Part shown: positions 1 through 8,584 of the stretch, piece after piece
Layout of the letters: the number at the start of each line of letters is the position of its first letter
Numbering within the stretch: the first letter of the stretch is position 1
Assembly (NCBI GenBank): GCA_041671145.1
Contig: JBAZBZ010000014.1
Coordinates: 1,727 to 65,726 of the forward strand
Direction: 5' to 3'
DNA: 64,000 bases
Source: Bacteroidales bacterium
GTDB taxonomy: Bacteria; Bacteroidota; Bacteroidia; Bacteroidales; JAHJDW01
Notes under the pieces: model-generated
Database searches by the model: none
Told to the model about the DNA's origin: nothing
The model's input: the letters and a program-made list of their open reading frames with translations, nothing else
Program-made: the position numbers and the translations under genes

Positions 1-897
1 TCTGCTTTTTGAAGCAGGGAAATCACCTCCAGAAATATAAACATTTCCGAAATTATCATAGTCAACATCTAATGCTTTGGTGGTTCCGCTGAAGGGAGTG
101 GTTGTCCATGGGTCTACAACAATAGCTTCGAGCTTTGAGCTTTTAGCTTCGAGTTTAAAGGAAACTGTATTTTCTTTTAGTTCAAAAGATGAGGATACTG
201 CTGTTTTGCTTGCTTTATAAAAACTTTGTGGCGCATGGTCTGTAATATCACCTGCTTCTGTTTTTATTATGATATTTCCATTATTATCAATTTTTATCTT
301 TTCAATATCACCGGTATAGCTCATTTTCACTGAACTTAAGTCCGCTCCCGGCTGAACTATTAATGAATATTTTATCCCTCCTTTTTCCGGTACGATGTAT
401 TCAACATCTATTCCCGGGTAAAGATTTTTGTAAGTAAGTTTTTTGTATCCTTTTGCCTTTATTTGTTCGAATCCGGGCTCACCATAAGTATAATAACCTT
501 CTGCCTGTGTTTCTGTTTCTAATACGGCACTCGTATTACAATCAAGCCATTTCATGGTAACAAGAATTGTTTTCTGAACTGGTTTAGGGAGTTTATTTTT
601 TTTACGTTCTATGCGTTCTTCGTCACTAAAACTGTTAGTTTTAATAAATTTAAAAGTAATTTCCCGTGATTTAAAAAAAACCAGGTCGCTGTTGCAAACA
701 ACGTATTTTATATCAGAAGCACTTGAAGTTGCATTTATCCACGTGTCAAACTGTCCGAGGTTTTCTACAAAAACATTGGATTTGAATGGGTCTGCGCCAA
801 TGGTCCATCCCTTATTTTGTGATTGCCCGTTTGCAATAAATGATAGCAATGCTAATGATAATGCTACTAATCCCGTAAAAAAATAATTTTTCTTCAT
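1..897 (-). CDS. Secreted beta-propeller (SBBP-like) repeat surface protein, N-terminal 299 codons only; the gene runs off the left edge
   Basis: Own translation of the minus strand from ATG at 897-895 gives MKKNYFFTGLVALSLALLSFIANGQ (signal peptide), then FVENLGQFD, ending NFGNVYISGG. It is open in frame to base 1. The N-terminal domain resembles that of the neighbouring 2286-aa protein (FIENKGQ). It is not in the ORF track because there is no stop in the window. Confidence 0.7.
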   Translation of the reverse strand, partial: MKKNYFFTGLVALSLALLSFIANGQSQNKGWTIGADPFKSNVFVENLGQFDTWINATSSASDIKYVVCNSDLVFFKSREITFKFIKTNSFSDEERIERKKNKLPKPVQKTILVTMKWLDCNTSAVLETETQAEGYYTYGEPGFEQIKAKGYKKLTYKNLYPGIDVEYIVPEKGGIKYSLIVQPGADLSSVKMSYTGDIEKIKIDNNGNIIIKTEAGDITDHAPQSFYKASKTAVSSSFELKENTVSFKLEAKSSKLEAIVVDPWTTTPFSGTTKALDVDYDNFGNVYISGGDFPASKSR

Positions 898-1088
898 AAT
901 ACAAAATATAAATATTTTTTAAAGTTATTACTTCTTATATATTTATGAATAAGACATTAAAAGTATAATAAAGGTTGCTTTCAAAAACGGCGGTTAATTG
1001 TACGTATGGTATAAATAAATAAACGTATGGAATAGTTAAATAAAAGTAAATTACCTTTTAAAAAATTTGTGGTTTGTTGTTTTATCGT

Positions 1089-1128
1089 TAAATTGTTTAA
1101 TTGTCAAACCCAACAATTAAACAATTTA
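1089..1128 (-). terminator. 16-bp stem hairpin just downstream of the giant adhesin stop codon
   Basis: TAAATTGTTTAATTGT (1089-1104) pairs perfectly with ACAATTAAACAATTTA (1113-1128) around an 8-nt loop. It lies 48 nt 3' of the stop at 1176. There is no clean U-run, so terminator function is uncertain. Confidence 0.35.
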
Positions 1129-1175
1129 GCAATTTGACAATTCCTGAAACTTCAGAGATTAAACTTTAAACTTTC

Positions 1176-4100
1176 TTATCTGATTACAGTAACATTTCCG
1201 TGAAAATCATATTCCTTATTATCTGTAGCTTTTGCTTTTATTATGTAATAGTATGTTCCATCGGAATGATTTCTTGCGTCCCAGCCGCTGTTAATATCCG
1301 ATGTTTCAAATAGTTTTACTCCCCAGCGATTGAAAATCATCATGCTGAATGTCGAAAATTCTCCTTTGTATTTAACTTTAAATATATCATTAAGCCCATC
1401 TGAATTGGGTGTTGTAATATTGAATACTTCGATATCCGATGGATTTATTACTTCAACATACAAGTCGTATTCGCTTTCGCACCCTTGCTGTGTTGTAACT
1501 TTTATTTTAATATGATACTTTCCTGTTTTTTCATATATATGTGTGGGATTTTCCAATGTGCTGTGCGTGCTGTCTCCAAAATCCCAATCGTATGTATTTC
1601 CGCTATTACCATTCCATGCATATTTGAATACATGTGTTATTAATCCTTTTATTGAATCAACGGCTGCTTCGCCATTCGGATATATTCCTATGTTGTTTAC
1701 TGTTATTGTTTTTTCGGACTTGCAGTTATGTGAATCTGTTACCGTAACTGTATATGTGCCTTGTGATAAGCTGTCTAATGGATTTGTCGTTTTTCCATTG
1801 TTCCAGCTATAAGTATATGATGCTCCTCCGCTTGTATCTATCTTTACTGAGCCACTGTTGTTCAGGCAAATTTCATCATTTACAATTTCACTAATAACTG
1901 GATTTGGATAAACAGTTATAATCGCCGAGCCAGTGTTGGTACAGCCATTGCCATCCGTACCGGTTACACTGTATGTCGTTGTTGTTGTCGGTGTAACATT
2001 TAATGGATTGCCTATAAAGCCCGTATTCCATATGTATGTCGCTCCATTGATTGCTGTAATGTTTGCGTTTGCTCCATTACATATTGTTGTCCCGTTTGCT
2101 GTGATGTTTGGTTTTGGGTTTACTGTTACTGTTGTTTGTGCTGTATTTGTACATCCCTCCCCATCTGTACCCGTTACATTATAAATTGTCGTTGTCGTCG
2201 GACTCACATTGTACGGATTGTTGTTTGAGCCCGTATTCCATGTGTATGTGTTTGCATTGCTTGCCGAAATATTTACATTTCCTCCATTGCAGATTGTTCC
2301 TCCTGCTACTGTGATGTTTGGTTTTGGGTTTACGGTTACTGTTGCTGTTGCTATATTTGTGCATCCATTGCCATCTGTGCCGGTTACTTGATATGTTGTT
2401 GTTGCAACTGGCGTTACTACTATTGATGTGCTTGCTCCACCGGGACTCCATGTGTATGTTGTTGCTCCTGAGCCCGTCAGTGTTGTTGTTGCTCCGTCGC
2501 ATATTATCGGACTGTTTGCGGTTACATTCGGTTTTGCATTTACTGTTACTATTGCCTGCGTTGTGTTTGTGCAATCACTTCCATCTGTACCCGTTACACT
2601 GTATGTCGTCGTATTTGCAGGGGTAACATTTAATGGATTGCCTATAAAGCCCGTATTCCATGTATATGTTGTTCCATTGCTTGCCGTAATATTTACACTT
2701 GCTCCGTTACATATTGTTGTCCCGTTTGCTGTGATGTTTGGTTTTTGGTTCACTGTTACTGTTGTTTGTGCTGTATTTGTACATCCCTCCCCATCTGTAC
2801 CTGTTACATTATAAATTGTCGTTGCCGTTGGACTCACGTTGTATGGATTATTATTTGAGCCCGTATCCCATGTATATGTGTTTGCATTGCTTGCCGAAAT
2901 ATTTACATTTCCTCCATTGCAGATTGTTCCTCCTGCTGCTGTGATGTTTGGTTTTACATTTACCGCTACTGTTGCTACTGCTGTGTTTGTACATCCAGCC
3001 CCATCTGTTCCGGTTACCGTATATGTTGTTGTTATGGTTGGCGTTACTACTATTGATGTGCCCGCTCCTCCCGGACTCCATGTGTATGTCGTCGCTCCTG
3101 AGCCCGTCAGTGTTGTTGTTGCTCCGTCGCATATTATCGGACTGTTTGCGGTTACTGTCGGTTTCGGATTTACTGTTACTATTGCCTGCGTTGTATTTGT
3201 GCAATCACTTCCATCTGTACCCGTTACACTGTATGTCGTCGTATTTGCCGGTGTAACATTTAACGGGTTACCTATAAAGCCCGTATTCCATGTATATGTT
3301 GTTCCATTGCTTGCTGTAATATTTACACTTGCTCCATTGCAGATTGTCGTTCCGTTTGCCGCAATATCTGGCTTCGGGTTCACTGTTACTGCTGCTGTTG
3401 CTATGTTCGTGCATTGGTTTGCATCTGTGCCGGTTACTGTGTACGTTGTTGTATTTGATGGGGTAACATTTAACGGGTTACCTATAAATCCCGTATTCCA
3501 TGTATATGTTGTTCCATTGATTGCTGTAATGTTTGCGTTTGCTCCGTTGCAGATTATTGTTCCATTTGCTGCTATGATTGGTTTTGGGTTTACGGTTACT
3601 GTTGCCTGTCCGGTTCCTGAACATCCCGATGCATTTACTCCTGTTACTGTGTATGTTGTTGTTAAGGTTGGAGCAACTGTTATATCTGAGCCCGTCAGAG
3701 AAATGTTCCATGTATATGATACTCCATTAAATGCAGAAACAACTGTTGTTGCTCCAAAGCAAATAGCAGGATTCGTTGTGTTGATTGAAATAGTGGGGTT
3801 CAATGAAACCGTGGCTTGTGCAGTATTCGTACAGCCATTAACATCCACTCCCGTAACTGTATATGTAGCTGCTGCTGTTGGCGTTACAATTAAAGGGTTG
3901 TCGATAAACCCCGTGCTCCATGTGTAATTCGTACCATTGCCTCCAACTACATTTATTGGCGACCCAGGGCAAGTAGAACCTCCGGTTGCTGTTACGTTTG
4001 GCTTGTTATTCACGGCTACTGTTGCCTGTGATGTATTTGTGCAGCTATTGGCATCTGTGCCGGTTACCGAATAAATCGTTGTTGATGTCGGATTTACATT

Positions 4101-7100
4101 GTATGGATTATTTGTTGAGCCCGTATTCCATGTGTATGTTGTTGCATTGTTTGCCGAAATATTTATATTCCCTCCTGTACATATTGTTCCTCCGGTTGCT
4201 GTTACATTCGGCTTGTTATTCACGGTTACTATCGCCTGTACGGTATTTGTGCAGCCATTGCCATCGGTTCCTGTCACCGTATATGTGATTGTTGCTGCGG
4301 GCATGACATTTAACGGATTACCTATATAGCCCGTATTCCATGTATATGTTGTTCCGTTGCTTGCTGTTATATTCACACTTGCTCCATTGCATATTGTTGC
4401 AGGGTTTGCTGTGATATTTGGTTTTGGGTTTACAATTACAACTGCTTGGGCTGTGTTTGTGCAGTTATTTCCATTTATACCTGTTACCATATACGTTGTA
4501 GTTATTGTTGGAGTTACTGCAATGGTTGAACCCATTTGATTAGTACTCCAAGTATAAGTCGTAGCTCCTCCTGCAATCATATTTGCTGAGTTACCAGCAC
4601 ATATTAAATTTCCCATTGTTGTTATGTATGGCAGAGGGTTGACTAATACTACCGCTTGTGCCGTTCCAGTGCATCCCGAAACATTTTTTCCTGTTACGTA
4701 ATATGTTGTAGTTATAGTAGGCGAAACTGTTTGCGATGAAACGCTTGAATTATTGTTCCACGTATATGTGTTGCCTCCGCTTACTGTTATTGTTGCTGTT
4801 TTTCCGTTGCAAATTGTACTTCCTGTTGTTGTTAAAGTGAGGTTATTGCTTACCGTTACAATGCACGAAGCAGTTCCAGTACATCCTGCCCCATCTGAGC
4901 CGGTTACAATGTATGTTGTGGTAATGGTTGGTGATACTGCTTGTGTTGAACTGTTTGAATTATTACTCCACGTATAAAAATTGGCTCCGCTTGCTGTTAT
5001 TGTTGCAGATACTCCTGAGCATATTGTGTTGCCTGTGGCGGTTAACGACATGCTTCCTGTTCCTCCGGTAAGTGTATAGTATAAAACAGTATCGGGCATA
5101 CAATAACTTGAAACGGTAACTGAATAATTGCCAGGGCATAGTGCAGTAGCTGTATTTGATGTAGAAGAAGTATTTAGTGTTTGCTGCCCATTGCTCCAAA
5201 CATAACTATAGTTGGGACAAGCACCACTGATAGTAACTGTTGCTGTGCCATTGCATGCACATGTAGTAGCATCAACCTGATTTTTAGTATAAACAGAACC
5301 AAATTTTACGATGAACGAATCGTCCCACCCATTATATGAATTATCAAAATATGCTCCTCCGCCCGGATTAACAAGAGTGGGATAAGTTGCTCCATAAGTT
5401 CCCTCACCTTCCATCATACATTCCCCTACAGCAAGTAAATAATTTTTGCGGTTAACAAGTAAGTTAATACGATTTTCTGTTCCATTTCCACCCCAAAATG
5501 TTGCCCAATTTAAAACACATGTATTTGTGAATTTTGTGAGAAATATATCCCCAAACCCTGCTCCCTGAAGTCCGGTATGAGCGCTACCATTATATGAATT
5601 ATCCTGATATCCGCTACAAACATTCGTCATAGTTGTTATATTTGAAGACATAGTTAAAAAACCAACATATAGGTTATCGCAATTATCAATAGCCATAGGA
5701 TGGGCACCAAGAGCATAACCGTCAGGACTATTACCACCGTAATAAGTAGCCCAAAGCCGAACGCCGTTACTTTTGAATTTTAAAATAAAAGCATCGTCAA
5801 AACCTCCACCATGAGAGCCCTGAAAAAATGCTCCATTACCAGGATTTAACAAAGGAAATTTTTTTGACCTTGTATGTCCACAAACAAAAATATTCCCGGA
5901 ATTATCGGTAATTACTCCATAAGCATCGTCATAATCAGAACCTCCATAATTGGTTGCCCAAAGCATTGTCCCCGTATTAGACATTTTACAAATAAAAACA
6001 TCACCCATTCCTGCATTTCCTGATTTATAATATGCACCTTCTCCGGGATTATAAGTTGGGATACTGGCGTTACCAGCACAACCCGTAATAATAAAGTTGT
6101 CGGAATTATCAACAGTGATAGAGTTTGCTACATGTCCTGCATTAGTCCCTCCTCCTCCATAATAAGTAGCCCAAAGCCGAACGCCCGAATTATTAAATTT
6201 AAGGATAAAAGCATCACCATAGATTGCGGCTTTTGCTGCCTGGTAATATGCACTGCCATAACTCTGAACAGGAAAAGCAGATGACCTGGTGTATCCCGTA
6301 ATAAAAATATTCTGATGGCTGTCAATTGCAATAGATTTACCCATATCGTCCCCATCAATCATATTTCCGTTTCCACCATAATAAGTTGCCCAAAGCCGAA
6401 CACCCTTATTGCTAAACTTCAAGATAAATGCATCCCATTGTCCACCGGCAAAAGTATTCTGAAAATAAGCACCGCCACTAGCATCAAAAATCGGAAAATC
6501 TGTTGAACCTGTACATCCTGTTGCAAATAAATTTCCTGCAGCATCAACAGCAAAATCTAATATCTGGTCATATCCATCTCCGCCATAGGCCGTACCCCAT
6601 AATAAAATACCAGAAGGAGAAAATTTCAATATCAAAGCATCGGAATGACCACCAGCACCGGTTCCCTGAAAATAAGCACCATCACCTGAATTATAAAGAG
6701 GTGGCATTGCGGGTTCACCAAAATATCCACCTATAAATATATTTCCTGCGTTATCTTCTTTAATAGAGGTAAATCCATCAAAATTATTACTTCCATACAA
6801 AGTATGCCATACAATCTGAGGGTCGATAACAAGCTGGCTTTTACGACTTACTCCATTAAGAGAAGAAATGTTAAACTTAACAGATGTTTCAAAACCCTCT
6901 TCTTCATTTATTTTTAAAGATTTTGTATTGTTTTGCGTAAAATTCGTTTTTATTTCTTTGCCATCATAAAAACTCACAGGAGTATTTTCTTTTATATTGC
7001 CATATATAGTATATAATTCCAATTGCCCGGATTCATTTATTTTAACAGGCGTTTTGCTTTTGTAAAGCAATTCTATTTGCCGGTAATCGGCATCTGGATT

Positions 7101-8036
7101 AACAATAAAATCATATTTCAGAGTACCATCCTCTTTTCTATAAAATACCCAGTCAATACCTCTGTAAACATTTTTTATAGTAATTTTTTCATACTCTTTT
7201 ACTTCATTAATACCATCAGGACAATTTGGCAGAAAATAATTAAAATGACCTTGAAGCATCATTTCTTTTATTATATTGTTTTTTTGAATCCTTGCTCCAT
7301 TAAGCTCAACATCAATTCGTTCCCAGTCAATAAATTTTTTTGTTTTCTGCTTACCCCTCATTTTAATTTCTTCGTCTTTTGACTTATCAAGTTTACTTAC
7401 AGGTATTTCTTCTTTTCTTATTTTCATGGTTTCTATTGTTATTCCTTTATCTGTAATCCAGAAAATTATTCCGGGAGATTCTGCTCTGAAAAGAACATGT
7501 GAAGCAAGATTGCCATCCATATCTATCATCTGCCCTTTGTTTTCAATAAAACCTTTATTGTTTTGATTTGACAGCCATTGTTGAGCTTTTGCCAATATTT
7601 CAGAAGTATTTTTTTTGTTTTCAACAGAAATTACGGAAGAATAATTTGGTACAATAGGAACTGTCTGCTTTACAGAAGTCGATATATTTTCATTATCGGC
7701 AATACTTTCTTTTATTATGGGCTTTATGGTGACGGTATTATCGGGTTGCAGAGATGTTTGGGCTTGCAGATGGATTGCAAATAAAAGAAATAAAATGAAG
7801 TATAAGGTACGATGTATGAAGTTGGGATTTTCATAATTTGTATTTTTTACTTCGTGTTTGTTATTCATTTTTTCCTGTTCAAATGGATAAATTGCATCCC
7901 GACGAGCTTCGCTATCGGGATAGAAATTCACATTACTATAATCAATTTCTCTTGCATTTCGGAATGCTTTAATTATTAATTTAACTACCCATGCTATAAG
8001 TAGTACGGCTAATGATAGTATTGTTATTTTTGTCAT
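1176..8036 (-). CDS. Giant T9SS-secreted adhesin: N-terminal domain, SBBP beta-propeller repeats, 15 Ig-like repeats, PKD domain and type B (gliding-motility) C-terminal sorting domain
   Basis: 2286-aa ORF. It contains repeated YGGxxxDxxxxIxxDxxGNIFxxGxTxSxxFP beta-propeller motifs and 15 x 70-aa Cys-containing Ig-like units. A PKD-like segment reads FGDSTHSTLENPTHIYEKTGKYHIKIKV. The C-terminus TPNSDGLNDIFKV...FNRWGVKLFE...GTYYYIIKA is typical of the type B T9SS sorting domain. Start is ambiguous. The ORF opens at 8036 with a TM-like segment, but the Met at 7868 (MNNKHEV...LYFILFLLFAIHLQAQT) gives a normal signal peptide. Confidence 0.9.
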   Translation of the reverse strand: MTKITILSLAVLLIAWVVKLIIKAFRNAREIDYSNVNFYPDSEARRDAIYPFEQEKMNNKHEVKNTNYENPNFIHRTLYFILFLLFAIHLQAQTSLQPDNTVTIKPIIKESIADNENISTSVKQTVPIVPNYSSVISVENKKNTSEILAKAQQWLSNQNNKGFIENKGQMIDMDGNLASHVLFRAESPGIIFWITDKGITIETMKIRKEEIPVSKLDKSKDEEIKMRGKQKTKKFIDWERIDVELNGARIQKNNIIKEMMLQGHFNYFLPNCPDGINEVKEYEKITIKNVYRGIDWVFYRKEDGTLKYDFIVNPDADYRQIELLYKSKTPVKINESGQLELYTIYGNIKENTPVSFYDGKEIKTNFTQNNTKSLKINEEEGFETSVKFNISSLNGVSRKSQLVIDPQIVWHTLYGSNNFDGFTSIKEDNAGNIFIGGYFGEPAMPPLYNSGDGAYFQGTGAGGHSDALILKFSPSGILLWGTAYGGDGYDQILDFAVDAAGNLFATGCTGSTDFPIFDASGGAYFQNTFAGGQWDAFILKFSNKGVRLWATYYGGNGNMIDGDDMGKSIAIDSHQNIFITGYTRSSAFPVQSYGSAYYQAAKAAIYGDAFILKFNNSGVRLWATYYGGGGTNAGHVANSITVDNSDNFIITGCAGNASIPTYNPGEGAYYKSGNAGMGDVFICKMSNTGTMLWATNYGGSDYDDAYGVITDNSGNIFVCGHTRSKKFPLLNPGNGAFFQGSHGGGFDDAFILKFKSNGVRLWATYYGGNSPDGYALGAHPMAIDNCDNLYVGFLTMSSNITTMTNVCSGYQDNSYNGSAHTGLQGAGFGDIFLTKFTNTCVLNWATFWGGNGTENRINLLVNRKNYLLAVGECMMEGEGTYGATYPTLVNPGGGAYFDNSYNGWDDSFIVKFGSVYTKNQVDATTCACNGTATVTISGACPNYSYVWSNGQQTLNTSSTSNTATALCPGNYSVTVSSYCMPDTVLYYTLTGGTGSMSLTATGNTICSGVSATITASGANFYTWSNNSNSSTQAVSPTITTTYIVTGSDGAGCTGTASCIVTVSNNLTLTTTGSTICNGKTATITVSGGNTYTWNNNSSVSSQTVSPTITTTYYVTGKNVSGCTGTAQAVVLVNPLPYITTMGNLICAGNSANMIAGGATTYTWSTNQMGSTIAVTPTITTTYMVTGINGNNCTNTAQAVVIVNPKPNITANPATICNGASVNITASNGTTYTWNTGYIGNPLNVMPAATITYTVTGTDGNGCTNTVQAIVTVNNKPNVTATGGTICTGGNINISANNATTYTWNTGSTNNPYNVNPTSTTIYSVTGTDANSCTNTSQATVAVNNKPNVTATGGSTCPGSPINVVGGNGTNYTWSTGFIDNPLIVTPTAAATYTVTGVDVNGCTNTAQATVSLNPTISINTTNPAICFGATTVVSAFNGVSYTWNISLTGSDITVAPTLTTTYTVTGVNASGCSGTGQATVTVNPKPIIAANGTIICNGANANITAINGTTYTWNTGFIGNPLNVTPSNTTTYTVTGTDANQCTNIATAAVTVNPKPDIAANGTTICNGASVNITASNGTTYTWNTGFIGNPLNVTPANTTTYSVTGTDGSDCTNTTQAIVTVNPKPTVTANSPIICDGATTTLTGSGATTYTWSPGGAGTSIVVTPTITTTYTVTGTDGAGCTNTAVATVAVNVKPNITAAGGTICNGGNVNISASNANTYTWDTGSNNNPYNVSPTATTIYNVTGTDGEGCTNTAQTTVTVNQKPNITANGTTICNGASVNITASNGTTYTWNTGFIGNPLNVTPANTTTYSVTGTDGSDCTNTTQAIVTVNAKPNVTANSPIICDGATTTLTGSGATTYTWSPGGASTSIVVTPVATTTYQVTGTDGNGCTNIATATVTVNPKPNITVAGGTICNGGNVNISASNANTYTWNTGSNNNPYNVSPTTTTIYNVTGTDGEGCTNTAQTTVTVNPKPNITANGTTICNGANANITAINGATYIWNTGFIGNPLNVTPTTTTTYSVTGTDGNGCTNTGSAIITVYPNPVISEIVNDEICLNNSGSVKIDTSGGASYTYSWNNGKTTNPLDSLSQGTYTVTVTDSHNCKSEKTITVNNIGIYPNGEAAVDSIKGLITHVFKYAWNGNSGNTYDWDFGDSTHSTLENPTHIYEKTGKYHIKIKVTTQQGCESEYDLYVEVINPSDIEVFNITTPNSDGLNDIFKVKYKGEFSTFSMMIFNRWGVKLFETSDINSGWDARNHSDGTYYYIIKAKATDNKEYDFHGNVTVIR
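1905..5058 (-). repeat. Tandem array of 15 x 210-nt (70-aa) coding repeats inside the giant adhesin
   Basis: The protein shows 15 consecutive units, roughly KPNITANGTTICNGxxVNITASNGTTYTWNTGFIGNPLNVTPxxTTTYxVTGTDxxGCTNTAQAxVTVN. Boundaries come from my codon mapping: unit 15 ends at the YP codons near 1905-1910, and unit 1 starts near 5058. Confidence 0.9.
2115..3374 (-). repeat. Two copies of a 630-nt higher-order repeat (3 units each; 2115-2744 and 2745-3374)
   Basis: Antisense ORFs in the track recur at exactly +630 nt (2108/2738, 2209/2839, 2318/2948) with almost identical translations. Protein units 9-11 and 12-14 are near-identical. Confidence 0.85.
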
Positions 8037-8436
8037 GTAAAATAATTTTTAAAGATAGTTAATTTTTATGAAACCGCAAAATTTTCGAACATTTATTTCA
8101 GCCATTGAACATTTAATTTTGTTGTTTTATCGTTAAATTGACAGATTGTTATACTGTATAATTGTAAATAGTTGTCAGTTGTTAGTTGCTGGTTGTCAGA
8201 AAAAAAATTAACACTGACAACCAACAACTATCAACAATCTTTCTTTACTCATAGCTTTTTTGTTATTCATTTATAATATGTATATTTAAAGATAAACTTT
8301 GATGTTTTTTGAGTTAATCAATTATACAAATTTACACAAGGAAAAAGGCGAATCCTAATTTTTGATGTTTACAAAAATGTTAATATTAAGCATGCTATTT
8401 ACATGCTAAGCTTTACCAGAAGGGCTTTTCAGGAAA

Positions 8437-8548
8437 ATTAATTATTGCTTGCAAGAAAACTGCCGAAAAATGATTTTCAATGGCTTTTTGCCCTTAATCC
8501 CTGAAGGAAAGCCATTGAAAATCAGCCATCCGTCAGTTAGGATTAGAG
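8437..8548 (-). repeat. Structured repeat family, copy A (truncated, reverse orientation relative to copy B)
   Basis: TGCAAGAAAACTGCCGAAAAATGATTTTCAATGGCTTTTTGCCCTTAATCCCTGAAGGAAAGCCATTGAAAATCAGCCA aligns almost base for base with the reverse complement of 44376-44450. Confidence 0.6.
8466..8524 (-). terminator. Probable intrinsic terminator of the TPR/LuxR regulator gene, formed by repeat copy A
   Basis: Perfect 15-bp stem TGATTTTCAATGGCT (8471-8485) / AGCCATTGAAAATCA (8510-8524). On the minus strand it is followed directly by TTTTT (8470-8466). It lies 61 nt downstream of the stop at 8585. Confidence 0.5.
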
Positions 8549-8584
8549 TAAAAAACATCTGAATATTGAGTTTTTGAGAGGTGT

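Noticed and set aside
611-886. 91-aa plus-strand ORF
   Set aside because: It lies entirely antisense to the better-supported minus-strand gene 1..897, which has a signal peptide and homology to its neighbour.
1905-5058. Regular 210-nt periodic repeats that could superficially suggest a CRISPR-like array
   Set aside because: There are no short direct repeats alternating with unique spacers. The whole region is one open reading frame encoding Ig-like domains, and no cas genes are present.
1330-7784. Many plus-strand ORFs in the track (for example 2839..3927, 362 aa) antisense to the giant adhesin gene
   Set aside because: They are low-complexity V/F/L-rich mirror translations of the repeat array and recur at the 630-nt repeat period. 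The minus strand encodes a continuous protein with recognisable domains and a T9SS sorting signal.
8100-8485. 10-bp inverted repeat AGCCATTGAA (8100-8109) / TTCAATGGCT (8476-8485) enclosing a minus-oriented TAAATTTG box (8327-8334) upstream of the giant adhesin: possible invertible promoter
   Set aside because: The IR is only 10 bp, and one arm is simply part of repeat copy A. The promoter-like box is 290-460 nt from the candidate starts. This is too weak to claim phase variation without read evidence.
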